The notes beneath the pieces are model-generated. The model had not been told where the DNA came from. It worked only from the letters and a program-made list of their open reading frames with translations, and did not search any database. Shown here one piece after another: positions 8,653 to 15,374 of a stretch of DNA of 15,374 bases. This DNA comes from an archaeon (GTDB lineage: Archaea > Iainarchaeota > Iainarchaeia > Iainarchaeales > 1-14-0-10-31-34), in the NCBI GenBank assembly GCA_043819075.1, contig JBDRFE010000035.1:1-15374 (forward strand), written 5' to 3'. How positions within the stretch are numbered: position 1 is the stretch's first letter; each line of letters starts with the position of its first letter. Position numbers and translations under genes: made by a program.

Positions 8653-9276
8653 ATGAAACAAATGAAATTAAATGATTTTAAAGTCCATGTTTTTGCATTA
8701 ATTGTTATTGCACTCGTATTCGTTGTTTATTCAATGAGCGATGCCTCGCAAGGAATTAATTCAATAAAGCTTGCAACAAGAATGCTTGCTTTTGCCGGAG
8801 CAGTTTTATTGAGTGTTTCTTTTCTGCTTGGGCCAGTTAAAGCATTCAAGCCTGAACTCGCAAAATATTTGAAGTACAGGAAAGCCTTGGGTTTATGGGG
8901 CGCTTTCTTAATCATATTGCATTTTTTGCTTGCAATGAACTTTCAATACAAATGGAGTTTTAGTGCATTATTTAATTTTAGTGATCCGTTTGGTTTTCCT
9001 TTTACTGTTGCATTAATTTCTTTTTTGATTTTTATTGCAATGACTTTAACTTCTAATCCAAAATCAATGCAAAAACTTGGCTTAAGGAAATGGAAATGCC
9101 TGCACAGAATAGGATACATTGCATTGTTTTTAGGAATACTTCATGCATTATATATTCCTCAAAGTGTTTTCTTTTCAACAAGGCACGGAATGTTTTTGGT
9201 TTTATTAGTGGCAATTGCTTTGCTGTTAAAGGCTGCTTCAATTTTAAAGGATATAAAAAAGTATCCTGTTTGTTAG
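8653..9276 (+). CDS. MsrQ/YedZ-like ferric-reductase transmembrane haem protein
   Basis: About six TM helices. RKALGLW...ILHF, LTSN...LG.KWK.LHR.GY and ILH motifs match the MsrQ His-ligand pattern. TTTATAT lies about 25 nt upstream. Confidence 0.85.
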   Translation: MKQMKLNDFKVHVFALIVIALVFVVYSMSDASQGINSIKLATRMLAFAGAVLLSVSFLLGPVKAFKPELAKYLKYRKALGLWGAFLIILHFLLAMNFQYKWSFSALFNFSDPFGFPFTVALISFLIFIAMTLTSNPKSMQKLGLRKWKCLHRIGYIALFLGILHALYIPQSVFFSTRHGMFLVLLVAIALLLKAASILKDIKKYPVC

Positions 9277-9284
9277 TGCTTTGA

Positions 9285-9722
9285 ATGCAGATAAGAAAAA
9301 AAAGTCAGTTGAAGGAAAAGAAGCAGACAAAAAAAGAGTTAATAAAAAAGCTTTTGAAGGTCAAAGTAAAAAACTTAAAGTTTTCAGGGAAAAAAATTTC
9401 TTTTGAGTTTTTTGGAAGCAAAATAAGCGATGTAATTGAATTAAAAAAAGAAGATCATGTGGCTGAATGGAGCAGAAGGCACAGAAAAATTTTTATTGAC
9501 AAAAATTTCAGCAAAAAGGATTTAAATAAATCCTTTAAAGCATTATGTGTGCATGAAGCAGTGGAAAAATTCCTCTCAGAAAAAATGCACTTTAATGTTG
9601 ACAAAGAAGCCCATCTGATTGCAACAAAAAAAGAAAAAGAGTTTCTGGAAAAAATGCAAGGCAACTGGAGAAGCCACGAACTAATTGTTTACTGGGACTG
9701 GCACAGGCAAGGCGAACACTAA
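9285..9722 (+). CDS. Hypothetical protein with zincin-like HExxE motif
   Basis: KIFIDK...ALCVHEAVEKFL...EAHLIAT. Packed between co-oriented genes. Confidence 0.7.
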   Translation: MQIRKKSQLKEKKQTKKELIKKLLKVKVKNLKFSGKKISFEFFGSKISDVIELKKEDHVAEWSRRHRKIFIDKNFSKKDLNKSFKALCVHEAVEKFLSEKMHFNVDKEAHLIATKKEKEFLEKMQGNWRSHELIVYWDWHRQGEH

Positions 9723-9743
9723 AAAAAACAAAAAGGCAGCCGC

Positions 9744-10460
9744 ATGAAATTCGTTAAAATCTTTTTAGAGAATGACAAGAACAGCTTTTACTGGACATGG
9801 CAGGACATTTATTTTATGCCTTATGGCTGGCTGGAAAAAAAACAGCTAAAAAAACTGCCTGTTCCATTTTTATTGGAAGAAATCCATCCTGACTGTTCTG
9901 TCGGAACCGAATCAGATGAAATTGATTCAGTCTCAAACACAATTGAACTGCCTGACAGCTTTGACAAACTGAAAATCAGCCATGACTTCACGAAAGACTT
10001 AAAGAGAATTGAAAAAAAGAATTCTGAAACAAAAATTATTGCCAACGAAAAAAAGGCCTTGAACAAAAGCAAGAAATGGTTTTTGGAGTTATGGAAAGAA
10101 GAAAAACAGGATTTCAACAGAAGGCTTTTTTTGTGGGAAAAAAAAGCTTACACTTTAAGCGCTTACTCTGGAAAAGAGCTTTTAGGAGTGCATATTGCGT
10201 TAAAAGAAAAAGACACAATATTTTATTTAGGCTGCTGGTGGAACAGGCAGAAAAAAAACAAATGCATTCCGACTTTTTTGCTTAAAAAAGACATTGAGAA
10301 CTCAATAAAAAATAAAACAAAATACTATGATTTAGGAATTGGAGACGAATCATACAAAAAAAAATGGAATCCAACTGAAAGGAGAACAAAATATTTTGCC
10401 GTAATGACAAAAAAAATGGCTAAATACTTTGGAATAAAAAAATTCACTGAAATTCCTTAA
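9744..10460 (+). CDS. GNAT-family acetyltransferase (CelD/BcsL, Acetyltransf_6-like)
   Basis: C-terminal YYDLGIGDESYKKKW matches the D(L/F)GxGxExYKxxW pattern, preceded by GNAT-like strands (TLSAYSGKELLGVHI, TIFYLG). Confidence 0.8.
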   Translation: MKFVKIFLENDKNSFYWTWQDIYFMPYGWLEKKQLKKLPVPFLLEEIHPDCSVGTESDEIDSVSNTIELPDSFDKLKISHDFTKDLKRIEKKNSETKIIANEKKALNKSKKWFLELWKEEKQDFNRRLFLWEKKAYTLSAYSGKELLGVHIALKEKDTIFYLGCWWNRQKKNKCIPTFLLKKDIENSIKNKTKYYDLGIGDESYKKKWNPTERRTKYFAVMTKKMAKYFGIKKFTEIP

Positions 10461-10569
10461 GCTAAATTTTGTTTGATTTGGACCGCCATCAAATACATTG
10501 GCTAAATGGCTGATGCATTTTTTGCAGGTTACTTCAATAGTTCTTTTATTCCAAGGCCGTTGATTTCAG

Positions 10570-10875
10570 TTAATTAAAACAGATTTTTTTCCCCAACGGA
10601 GTGAAAACTGCTGCAAGCCATACAATAAAAACCGGAACAAGCATTGCGATTCCAAGCAATCCTGCATTTGAAATCAAGCCGTCAGTTGAAAATTCAATGA
10701 AAGGACTTCCTTCTTCCAAAAAAGCAATTGAGTGGTCAACTAAAATCATTATGAATGTTCCCCAGAGCATTAAAGCAAGAAAGCCTAGCTTGAATTTCTT
10801 GTTTTTTATTTTCATCCACGCAATGCTTGCTGTCAAGGCAGCAATAAAAGTTATTATCAGCCACATTCTAGTCAT
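10570..10875 (-). CDS. Small 3-TM membrane protein B (paralogue of the upstream gene)
   Basis: Three hydrophobic segments and the motif KLGFLALMLWGTFIMILVDH. ATGA-coupled to the upstream gene, with an alternative start at 10866. Confidence 0.85.
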   Translation of the reverse strand: MTRMWLIITFIAALTASIAWMKIKNKKFKLGFLALMLWGTFIMILVDHSIAFLEEGSPFIEFSTDGLISNAGLLGIAMLVPVFIVWLAAVFTPLGKKICFN

Positions 10876-11210
10876 TCTCCGAATGCATTTATTGGCGCAG
10901 TTTTTGGTGCTAAAACTTTTTCATAAACAAAAACCATTGCAATCCAGCCCAAAACCAGTGCAAGTGTCATTGGAATTCCGACTAAAACCAGTTCTTTCAG
11001 CATTACTGCTGTGTCAGCCGGATTATTCATTGCAGTCAGGAAAGGCGGCCATGGAACAATTTCTCCGTGAGCAACATGTTCTACTGCCAAAGCCATTGCT
11101 CCGCCAAAAATCATTGCAATAAGCCAGTTAATATGCAGTTCTTTTGGAAACTTTTTTCTAAAAAAAATTATTATGATTCCAAAAACCGTTGCAACAGCAA
11201 AACAAGTCAT
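10872..11210 (-). CDS. Small 3-TM membrane protein A
   Basis: MTCF...HINWLIAMIFGGAMALAVEHVAHGEIVPWPPFLTAM. ATG 11210 is preceded by GAAGGT, with TTTATAAA at 11241-11248. Confidence 0.85.
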   Translation of the reverse strand: MTCFAVATVFGIIIIFFRKKFPKELHINWLIAMIFGGAMALAVEHVAHGEIVPWPPFLTAMNNPADTAVMLKELVLVGIPMTLALVLGWIAMVFVYEKVLAPKTAPINAFGE

Positions 11211-11245
11211 TTCATTAACCTTCAAACAATTCTTTTTTTCTTTAT

Positions 11246-11360
11246 AAAAAAAAGAGCGACAGGAATAAAAACATTAAGCCTGAATTTGGTTTTGGAAAAA
11301 GTTGTTTGGGCTCAGTTTTGGGTTAGCCCGATTCCGTACGGGTACTCCGGAATATGTCAA
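11246..11360 (-). other. Candidate structured RNA (5' leader or sRNA) ending in a U8 tract
   Basis: GC-enriched island with adjacent hairpins AUUCCG/CGGAAU (11353-11331) and GGGCU/AGCCC (11329-11308), then CAGG/CCUG and T8 at 11253-11246. TATA TTTATAA at 11390-11384. Confidence 0.4.
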
Positions 11361-11390
11361 GGCATTTCATTTCATTCAATGCCTTATAAA
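11359..11390 (-). promoter_or_regulatory. TATA box overlapped by inverted repeat AAGGCATT-N11-AATGCCTT
   Basis: Perfect 8-bp arms at 11359-11366 and 11378-11385; minus-strand TTTATAA at 11390-11384. Confidence 0.55.
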
Positions 11391-11451
11391 TATATTAATG
11401 CTCTGTCGAAGATAGAGCGATATATTTCGTCACAAACCGGCGAAACGGTTT

Positions 11452-11580
11452 TTGGACTCAGTGTTGAGTTAATTCATCATGCCGTCTGCTCACGGCAGTA
11501 GAGTGCACAACTTTCAGTTGAGCTTGCTCGCCCTGCTCGCGTTAAACCGGTCAGAAGGTGTTAACATCGTCATAGTCCAA
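11452..11580 (-). ncRNA. Box C/D guide sRNA with a 70-nt insertion between D' and C'
   Basis: Minus strand: UUGGAC-U-[C AUGACGA]-12 nt-[D' CUGA]-CCG...CGG-C-[C' AUGAUGA]-12 nt-[D CUGA]-GUCCAA. It has a 6-bp terminal stem, two K-turns with 3-nt bulges, and two canonical 12-nt spacers. Confidence 0.88.
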
Positions 11581-11581
11581 T

Positions 11582-11589
11582 AAAAAAAA
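11582..11589 (-). terminator. Oligo-T tract after copA (putative archaeal terminator)
   Basis: T8 on the minus strand about 30 nt after the copA stop and directly before the C/D RNA 5' stem. Confidence 0.35.
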
Positions 11590-11619
11590 TAGCTGAAAAG
11601 CCTTTAATCTATTTGGTTG

Positions 11620-13788
11620 TCAGATTTTTGCGTTTTTTAGGAGAAGAGAATTAGAAACAACTGAAACACTGCTTAAAGCCATTGCACCGCCTGCAATTAC
11701 AGGAGAAAGAAGGATTCCAAAAGAATAATATAAAACTCCTGCAGCAATCGGTATTCCTAATACATTATATACCAAAGCCCAGAACAAATTCTGTTTTATT
11801 TTGTTTAATGTTTTTTTTCCAAGAGTTATTGCAGAAACAACATCAAGCGGATTGCTTTTCATTAAAACAATATTGCCTGCTTCAATTGCAATATCAGAGC
11901 CCTGAGACATTGCAATTCCTAAATCAGCCTGGGCTAAAGCAGGCGCATCATTTATTCCGTCGCCGACCATTGCAACAATTTTTCCCTCTTGCTGGAGTTT
12001 TTTAATGTAATCAGCTTTCTGGCCCGGCAGCACTTCTGCAAACACGTTTTCAATGCCAAGGCTTTTTGCAATTGCATTTGCTGTTCTATTGTTGTCGCCT
12101 GAAATCATCCACACCTGAATTTTCATTTGATTCAGTTTTTCAACTGCGTTCTTGCTTGACTCTCTTACAACATCAGCTACAGCAATTCCGCCTAAAACCT
12201 TGTTTTTTGAAAAAACAAGCATCACTGTTTTTCCTTTGGCTTCTAATTCAGAAACCTGAAGATTAATTTTTTCAAGAGAATGAATTTCTTTTGCATAATT
12301 AATGCTTCCTAAAAAATATTCTTTGCCTTTAATTTTGCCTTGAATCCCTTTTCCCGGAACTGCTTTAAATAAATCAACTTTTGAAAAAAAAAGTTTTTTT
12401 GCTTTAGCGCCTGCAACAACAGCTTCTGCCAGAGGGTGCTCTGAATTTTTTTCAAGTGAAGCTGAAATTGAAAGAATTTCATTTTCTTTTAGTTCAGAAA
12501 CAGAAAACACGTCAGTTAATTTTGGCTTGCCTATTGTCAGAGTTCCTGTTTTGTCAAAAACCACTGCATTAATTTTATGGCTTAATTCAAGGGCTTCAGC
12601 ATTTTTTATCAGAATTCCGTTTTCCGCTCCCTTGCCTGTGCCAACCATTATTGCAGTAGGGGTTGCCAGCCCTAAAGCACAAGGGCATGCAATAACAAGA
12701 ACTGAAACTGATGCAACCAAAGCAAAAGAAAAGCCTTCATTAAAGACAATCAGCCAAGCCAAAAAAGTAATTAATGCAATAACAAGTATTGCTGGAACAA
12801 AAACTGAACTAACTTTATCTGCAAACCTTTGGATATCTGCTTTAGAGCCCTGTGCTTCTTCAACAAGCTTTATTATCTGGGCTAAAACCGTTTCTTCCCC
12901 TATTTTTGTTGCCTTGAATTTTATAAAGCCATTGAAATTCATTGTGCCGGCAAAAACTTTGTCATTAACTTTTTTTTCAACTGCAATGCTTTCTCCTGTA
13001 AGCATGCTTTCATTAATTGAAGTGTTTCCAAAAACAATTATTCCGTCAGTCGGAATCTGCGCCCCAGGCTTTACTAAAATCAAATCATTTTCAGCAATTT
13101 CTGTTGCAGGAATTAAAACTTCTTTTCCGTTCCTTTCAACTAAAGCAGTTTTAGGGGAAAGATTCATCAGTTTTTTTATTGCCTCGCTTGTCCTGCCTTT
13201 TGCCAGGGCTTCCAGGTATTTTCCAAGCAAAACCAGGGTTATAAGAATTGCAGCGGTTTCAAAAAATTGTTCTGAAACAAAACCAAACAATGCACTCACA
13301 CTATAAAAATATGCAGCGCTTGTGCCAAGCGCAATTAAAGTATCCATTGAAGCGGTTTTATTCCTAAGGGAACTCCATGCGCCAAGATAAAACCTTTTGC
13401 CTGCAATAAACTGCACTGGAGTGCTTAAAATAAAAAGAAGCCAGAGCCTGAAAGGAAAATCCATTAAAATCATTCCAAGAAAAAACACAGGAATTGTGAG
13501 CATTGTGCTGAAAACCAGGGTTTTTTTTAGGGAAGAAATTTCTTTTTCCCTTAATTTTCTTTCCCTTTCCAAATCAAATCCAACGATTGCCTTATAGCCT
13601 AACTTTGTTATTATTTCAGTTATTTTTTCCAAAGCAATTTTTTTTTCATCGAATTCAACAAAAGCTTTTCCTGCGGCAAAATTAACATTGCTTTTTTTTA
13701 TTCCGCTGGCTTCAGAAAGTTTTCTCTGAATTAACGCAGAGCAAGAAGAACAATGCATTCCTTCAATAATTAATTCTGTTTTAGCCAT
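11620..13788 (-). CDS. copA: Cu(I)-translocating P1B-1 ATPase
   Basis: N-terminal HMA GMHCSSC, TGES, IACPCALGLATP, DKTGTLT, SEHPL, GDGINDAP, YN and MALSS Cu(I) ligands. SD AGGTGA at 13798-13793. Confidence 0.96.
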   Translation of the reverse strand: MAKTELIIEGMHCSSCSALIQRKLSEASGIKKSNVNFAAGKAFVEFDEKKIALEKITEIITKLGYKAIVGFDLERERKLREKEISSLKKTLVFSTMLTIPVFFLGMILMDFPFRLWLLFILSTPVQFIAGKRFYLGAWSSLRNKTASMDTLIALGTSAAYFYSVSALFGFVSEQFFETAAILITLVLLGKYLEALAKGRTSEAIKKLMNLSPKTALVERNGKEVLIPATEIAENDLILVKPGAQIPTDGIIVFGNTSINESMLTGESIAVEKKVNDKVFAGTMNFNGFIKFKATKIGEETVLAQIIKLVEEAQGSKADIQRFADKVSSVFVPAILVIALITFLAWLIVFNEGFSFALVASVSVLVIACPCALGLATPTAIMVGTGKGAENGILIKNAEALELSHKINAVVFDKTGTLTIGKPKLTDVFSVSELKENEILSISASLEKNSEHPLAEAVVAGAKAKKLFFSKVDLFKAVPGKGIQGKIKGKEYFLGSINYAKEIHSLEKINLQVSELEAKGKTVMLVFSKNKVLGGIAVADVVRESSKNAVEKLNQMKIQVWMISGDNNRTANAIAKSLGIENVFAEVLPGQKADYIKKLQQEGKIVAMVGDGINDAPALAQADLGIAMSQGSDIAIEAGNIVLMKSNPLDVVSAITLGKKTLNKIKQNLFWALVYNVLGIPIAAGVLYYSFGILLSPVIAGGAMALSSVSVVSNSLLLKNAKI

Positions 13789-13854
13789 GACTTCACCTTA
13801 AAATTAATTCCTGCATTAATTTATTGGAATGATTAATTGAATACATTATCTTTT

Positions 13855-14310
13855 TCACTCAAACCTGTATCTTCCTTTATCTAAATCAGATTTTTTTATA
13901 ACAATGCTGTCACCGACAACTTTGTTTGGCAGAAAACCAGGCCAGCAGCCTCCTCCATTTTTATTTTCTGTTCCAAGCCCGTCAATCGGATATTTATTCC
14001 CGCAGTTATTGCACACCATTTCATTTCCGTTCTGGCTGTACCCTTTTTTTGAAGCAAAACAGACATCGCATGCATCAAAAGCTGTTTTAATGCTGCCATC
14101 GCTTGCCTTTACCGCAAAAAACCTTATTGTAGTTCCATTGGATTCAAATTCAAACCATTTCGCATTCTCGCTTATGCTTGAAAGAGGAATTGAAATTGAA
14201 TCAGTCGGAACCTGTTGTGCAGCAGCAACAGAAAAATTTCCTGTTGAATCAGAAACACAGCCTGCAAAAACAAGCACTGCAAAAAGAAAAAGAAATAAAA
14301 TGAATTTCAT
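13855..14310 (-). CDS. DUF2318-family Cys-rich (putative Fe-S/metal) lipoprotein
   Basis: Lipobox VFAG-C, then FDACDVC, GYSQNGNEMVCNNCG and GGCWP. ATGA overlap with the upstream gene. Confidence 0.85.
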   Translation of the reverse strand: MKFILFLFLFAVLVFAGCVSDSTGNFSVAAAQQVPTDSISIPLSSISENAKWFEFESNGTTIRFFAVKASDGSIKTAFDACDVCFASKKGYSQNGNEMVCNNCGNKYPIDGLGTENKNGGGCWPGFLPNKVVGDSIVIKKSDLDKGRYRFE

Positions 14311-15056
14311 TTATTCACTTCCTTTGCAAGCTCGCTTTCAATTAACTGTTCAAATGCACTGAATGACTGGGCTCCAACCAATTTTGTGTTGTTCACAAAA
14401 AAAGTCGGGGTTGCTGTTACACCAGATTTTTGGCCGTCAGCAAAATCTTTTTGCACTTCTGAAGCCATTGCACTTGAATCAAGGCATTGATTAAACTTTT
14501 CTTGGTTAAGCCCTAATTGCACAGCATATTGTTTCAATGACACAATATCAATTGCTGTTTGGTTATCAAATATTTTATTGTGCATTTCCCAGTATTTTCC
14601 TTGTTCTCCAGCACATTCTGCTGCTTCAGCTGCTTTTTGTGCATTCTCGTGGAAACCCAAAGGGAAATCCCTGTAAACAAGTTTTACTTTTCCTGAATCA
14701 ATGTATTTTTGCTGTATTGACGGCAGGGTTTCTGCATAAAAACGCTCACAAAAAGGGCACTGATAATCTGAAAATTCAATGATTGTCACTGGCGCGTTTT
14801 CAGCACCTTTAACTGTATCGTCATCTGCACTCGCATTAACAACTGGTGCAGGCTGGTTTACTGTTAGCTGATTATTCACTGAAGGAGCTGTTTCACTGAT
14901 ATCTGAACCAACTCCATTTGTGTTTGCATTAGATAATGCAATTTGTGCAGTAATAACATCAAGTTTTTGATTTAGTTCTGCGTTAGAAAATGCATTCACG
15001 AAAGTAAGAACTAACATTACTCCCAGCATAATATAAATCAAAGTTTGTTTTTCCAT
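14307..15056 (-). CDS. Membrane-anchored DsbA/BdbD-like thiol-disulfide oxidoreductase
   Basis: N-terminal TM, GAENAPVTIIEFSDYQCPFC, YRDFPL, cis-Pro loop ATPTFFVN. SD AGGAGG upstream. Confidence 0.92.
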   Translation of the reverse strand: MEKQTLIYIMLGVMLVLTFVNAFSNAELNQKLDVITAQIALSNANTNGVGSDISETAPSVNNQLTVNQPAPVVNASADDDTVKGAENAPVTIIEFSDYQCPFCERFYAETLPSIQQKYIDSGKVKLVYRDFPLGFHENAQKAAEAAECAGEQGKYWEMHNKIFDNQTAIDIVSLKQYAVQLGLNQEKFNQCLDSSAMASEVQKDFADGQKSGVTATPTFFVNNTKLVGAQSFSAFEQLIESELAKEVNK

Positions 15057-15070
15057 TTTTTATTCCTCCT

Positions 15071-15374
15071 TTAAATTCCGCCGCAGCCGCAGCCAGATGC
15101 ATTTCCCCCGCAAGACCCTGCCTTTGGGGAAACAGCTGAAAAAGCGCTGGCTTCATTTGCTTCAGTTGTATTGCCTGAACTTTCATTTGATTCTGAAATC
15201 AGTTCTGCAGGGTAAGTTTTAAAGACTTCAAGCAAAAGAATTTTTTCTTTGGATGTTTTTTCCGGGGCAAAAGCCACATCAAATAAATTAGGCGACCTGA
15301 ACCTTACTCCGGTTACCCCGTCAATTTTTTTGAGCTCGCCTGAAATCAATGAGGCGTGGCCGGAACAAGGAATA
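15071..15374 (-). CDS. HMA-like metal-binding protein with CxxH motif and Cys/Gly tail (5' end outside the window)
   Basis: The frame is open to the window edge and reads IPCSGHASLISGELKKIDGVTGV...FDVAFAPEKTSKEKIL (HMA-like), ending GSCGGNASGCGCGGI. Confidence 0.8.
   Translation of the reverse strand, partial: IPCSGHASLISGELKKIDGVTGVRFRSPNLFDVAFAPEKTSKEKILLLEVFKTYPAELISESNESSGNTTEANEASAFSAVSPKAGSCGGNASGCGCGGI

Noticed and set aside
10472..10527. Fluoride-riboswitch-like words (GAT...CGCC...AAA...GCTGATG)
   Set aside because: The P1 partner of CGCC and the pseudoknot pairing are absent, and no same-strand gene lies downstream. It is at most a hairpin (TTTGAT/ATCAAA) between convergent genes.
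11265..11350. Resemblance to a TPP riboswitch (GGAGUAC...CUGAG...CAGGCUUAAU)
   Set aside because: It lacks the UGAGA, ACCUGA and GCG-AGGGA core, and the pairing does not fit.
11222..11370. Minus-strand uORFs: MKCLDIFRSTRTESG, and MP-UGA-HIPEYPYG as a possible selenopeptide or readthrough product
   Set aside because: The ATGs lie at or upstream of the predicted TSS, inside the palindrome. No SECIS is recognisable, and UGA is used as a normal stop elsewhere in the window.
10601..11501. Plus-strand ORFs of 173 aa and 144 aa
   Set aside because: They are antisense to the membrane-protein pair and the non-coding elements, and show no recognisable protein features.
11452..11580. TIGR array or IS110 bridge-RNA interpretation of the C/D motifs
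   Set aside because: It is a single unit, not an array, and no Nop-domain, Tas or transposase gene is in the window. Canonical boxes and 12-nt spacers fit an archaeal C/D sRNA.
13802..13848. AT-rich imperfect inverted repeat upstream of copA (AATTAATTCC...GGAATGATTAATT)
   Set aside because: It requires a gap and is almost all A/T, so it cannot be distinguished from chance without homologues.

Overview
AT-rich window of an archaeal genome, probably a DPANN lineage (inferred from TATA-type and leaderless promoters, GGTGA/AGGAGG ribosome-binding sites, a box C/D RNA and the gene families present). Left half: partial pyrD (-), an unlisted 42-aa Cys-rich zinc-finger microprotein (+), and an archaeal ACT-domain protein (-) divergent from an argG-argH-carA-carB cluster (+). 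Three tandem palindromic boxes lie in the shared promoter region. Middle: an MsrQ-like membrane haem protein, an HExxE hypothetical protein and a CelD/BcsL-type GNAT (+). Right half (all -): a copper/redox operon (CxxH HMA-like protein, DsbA-like protein, DUF2318 lipoprotein, CopA), then a 129-nt box C/D sRNA with an unusual 70-nt hairpin insertion, a second structured non-coding element with its own promoter and palindrome, and a pair of paralogous small 3-TM proteins. The best leads are the extended C/D RNA, the candidate ACT-regulator/operator system for arginine synthesis, and the structured leader with the membrane-protein pair. Family assignments come from motif recognition and recalled homologues; no searches were run.
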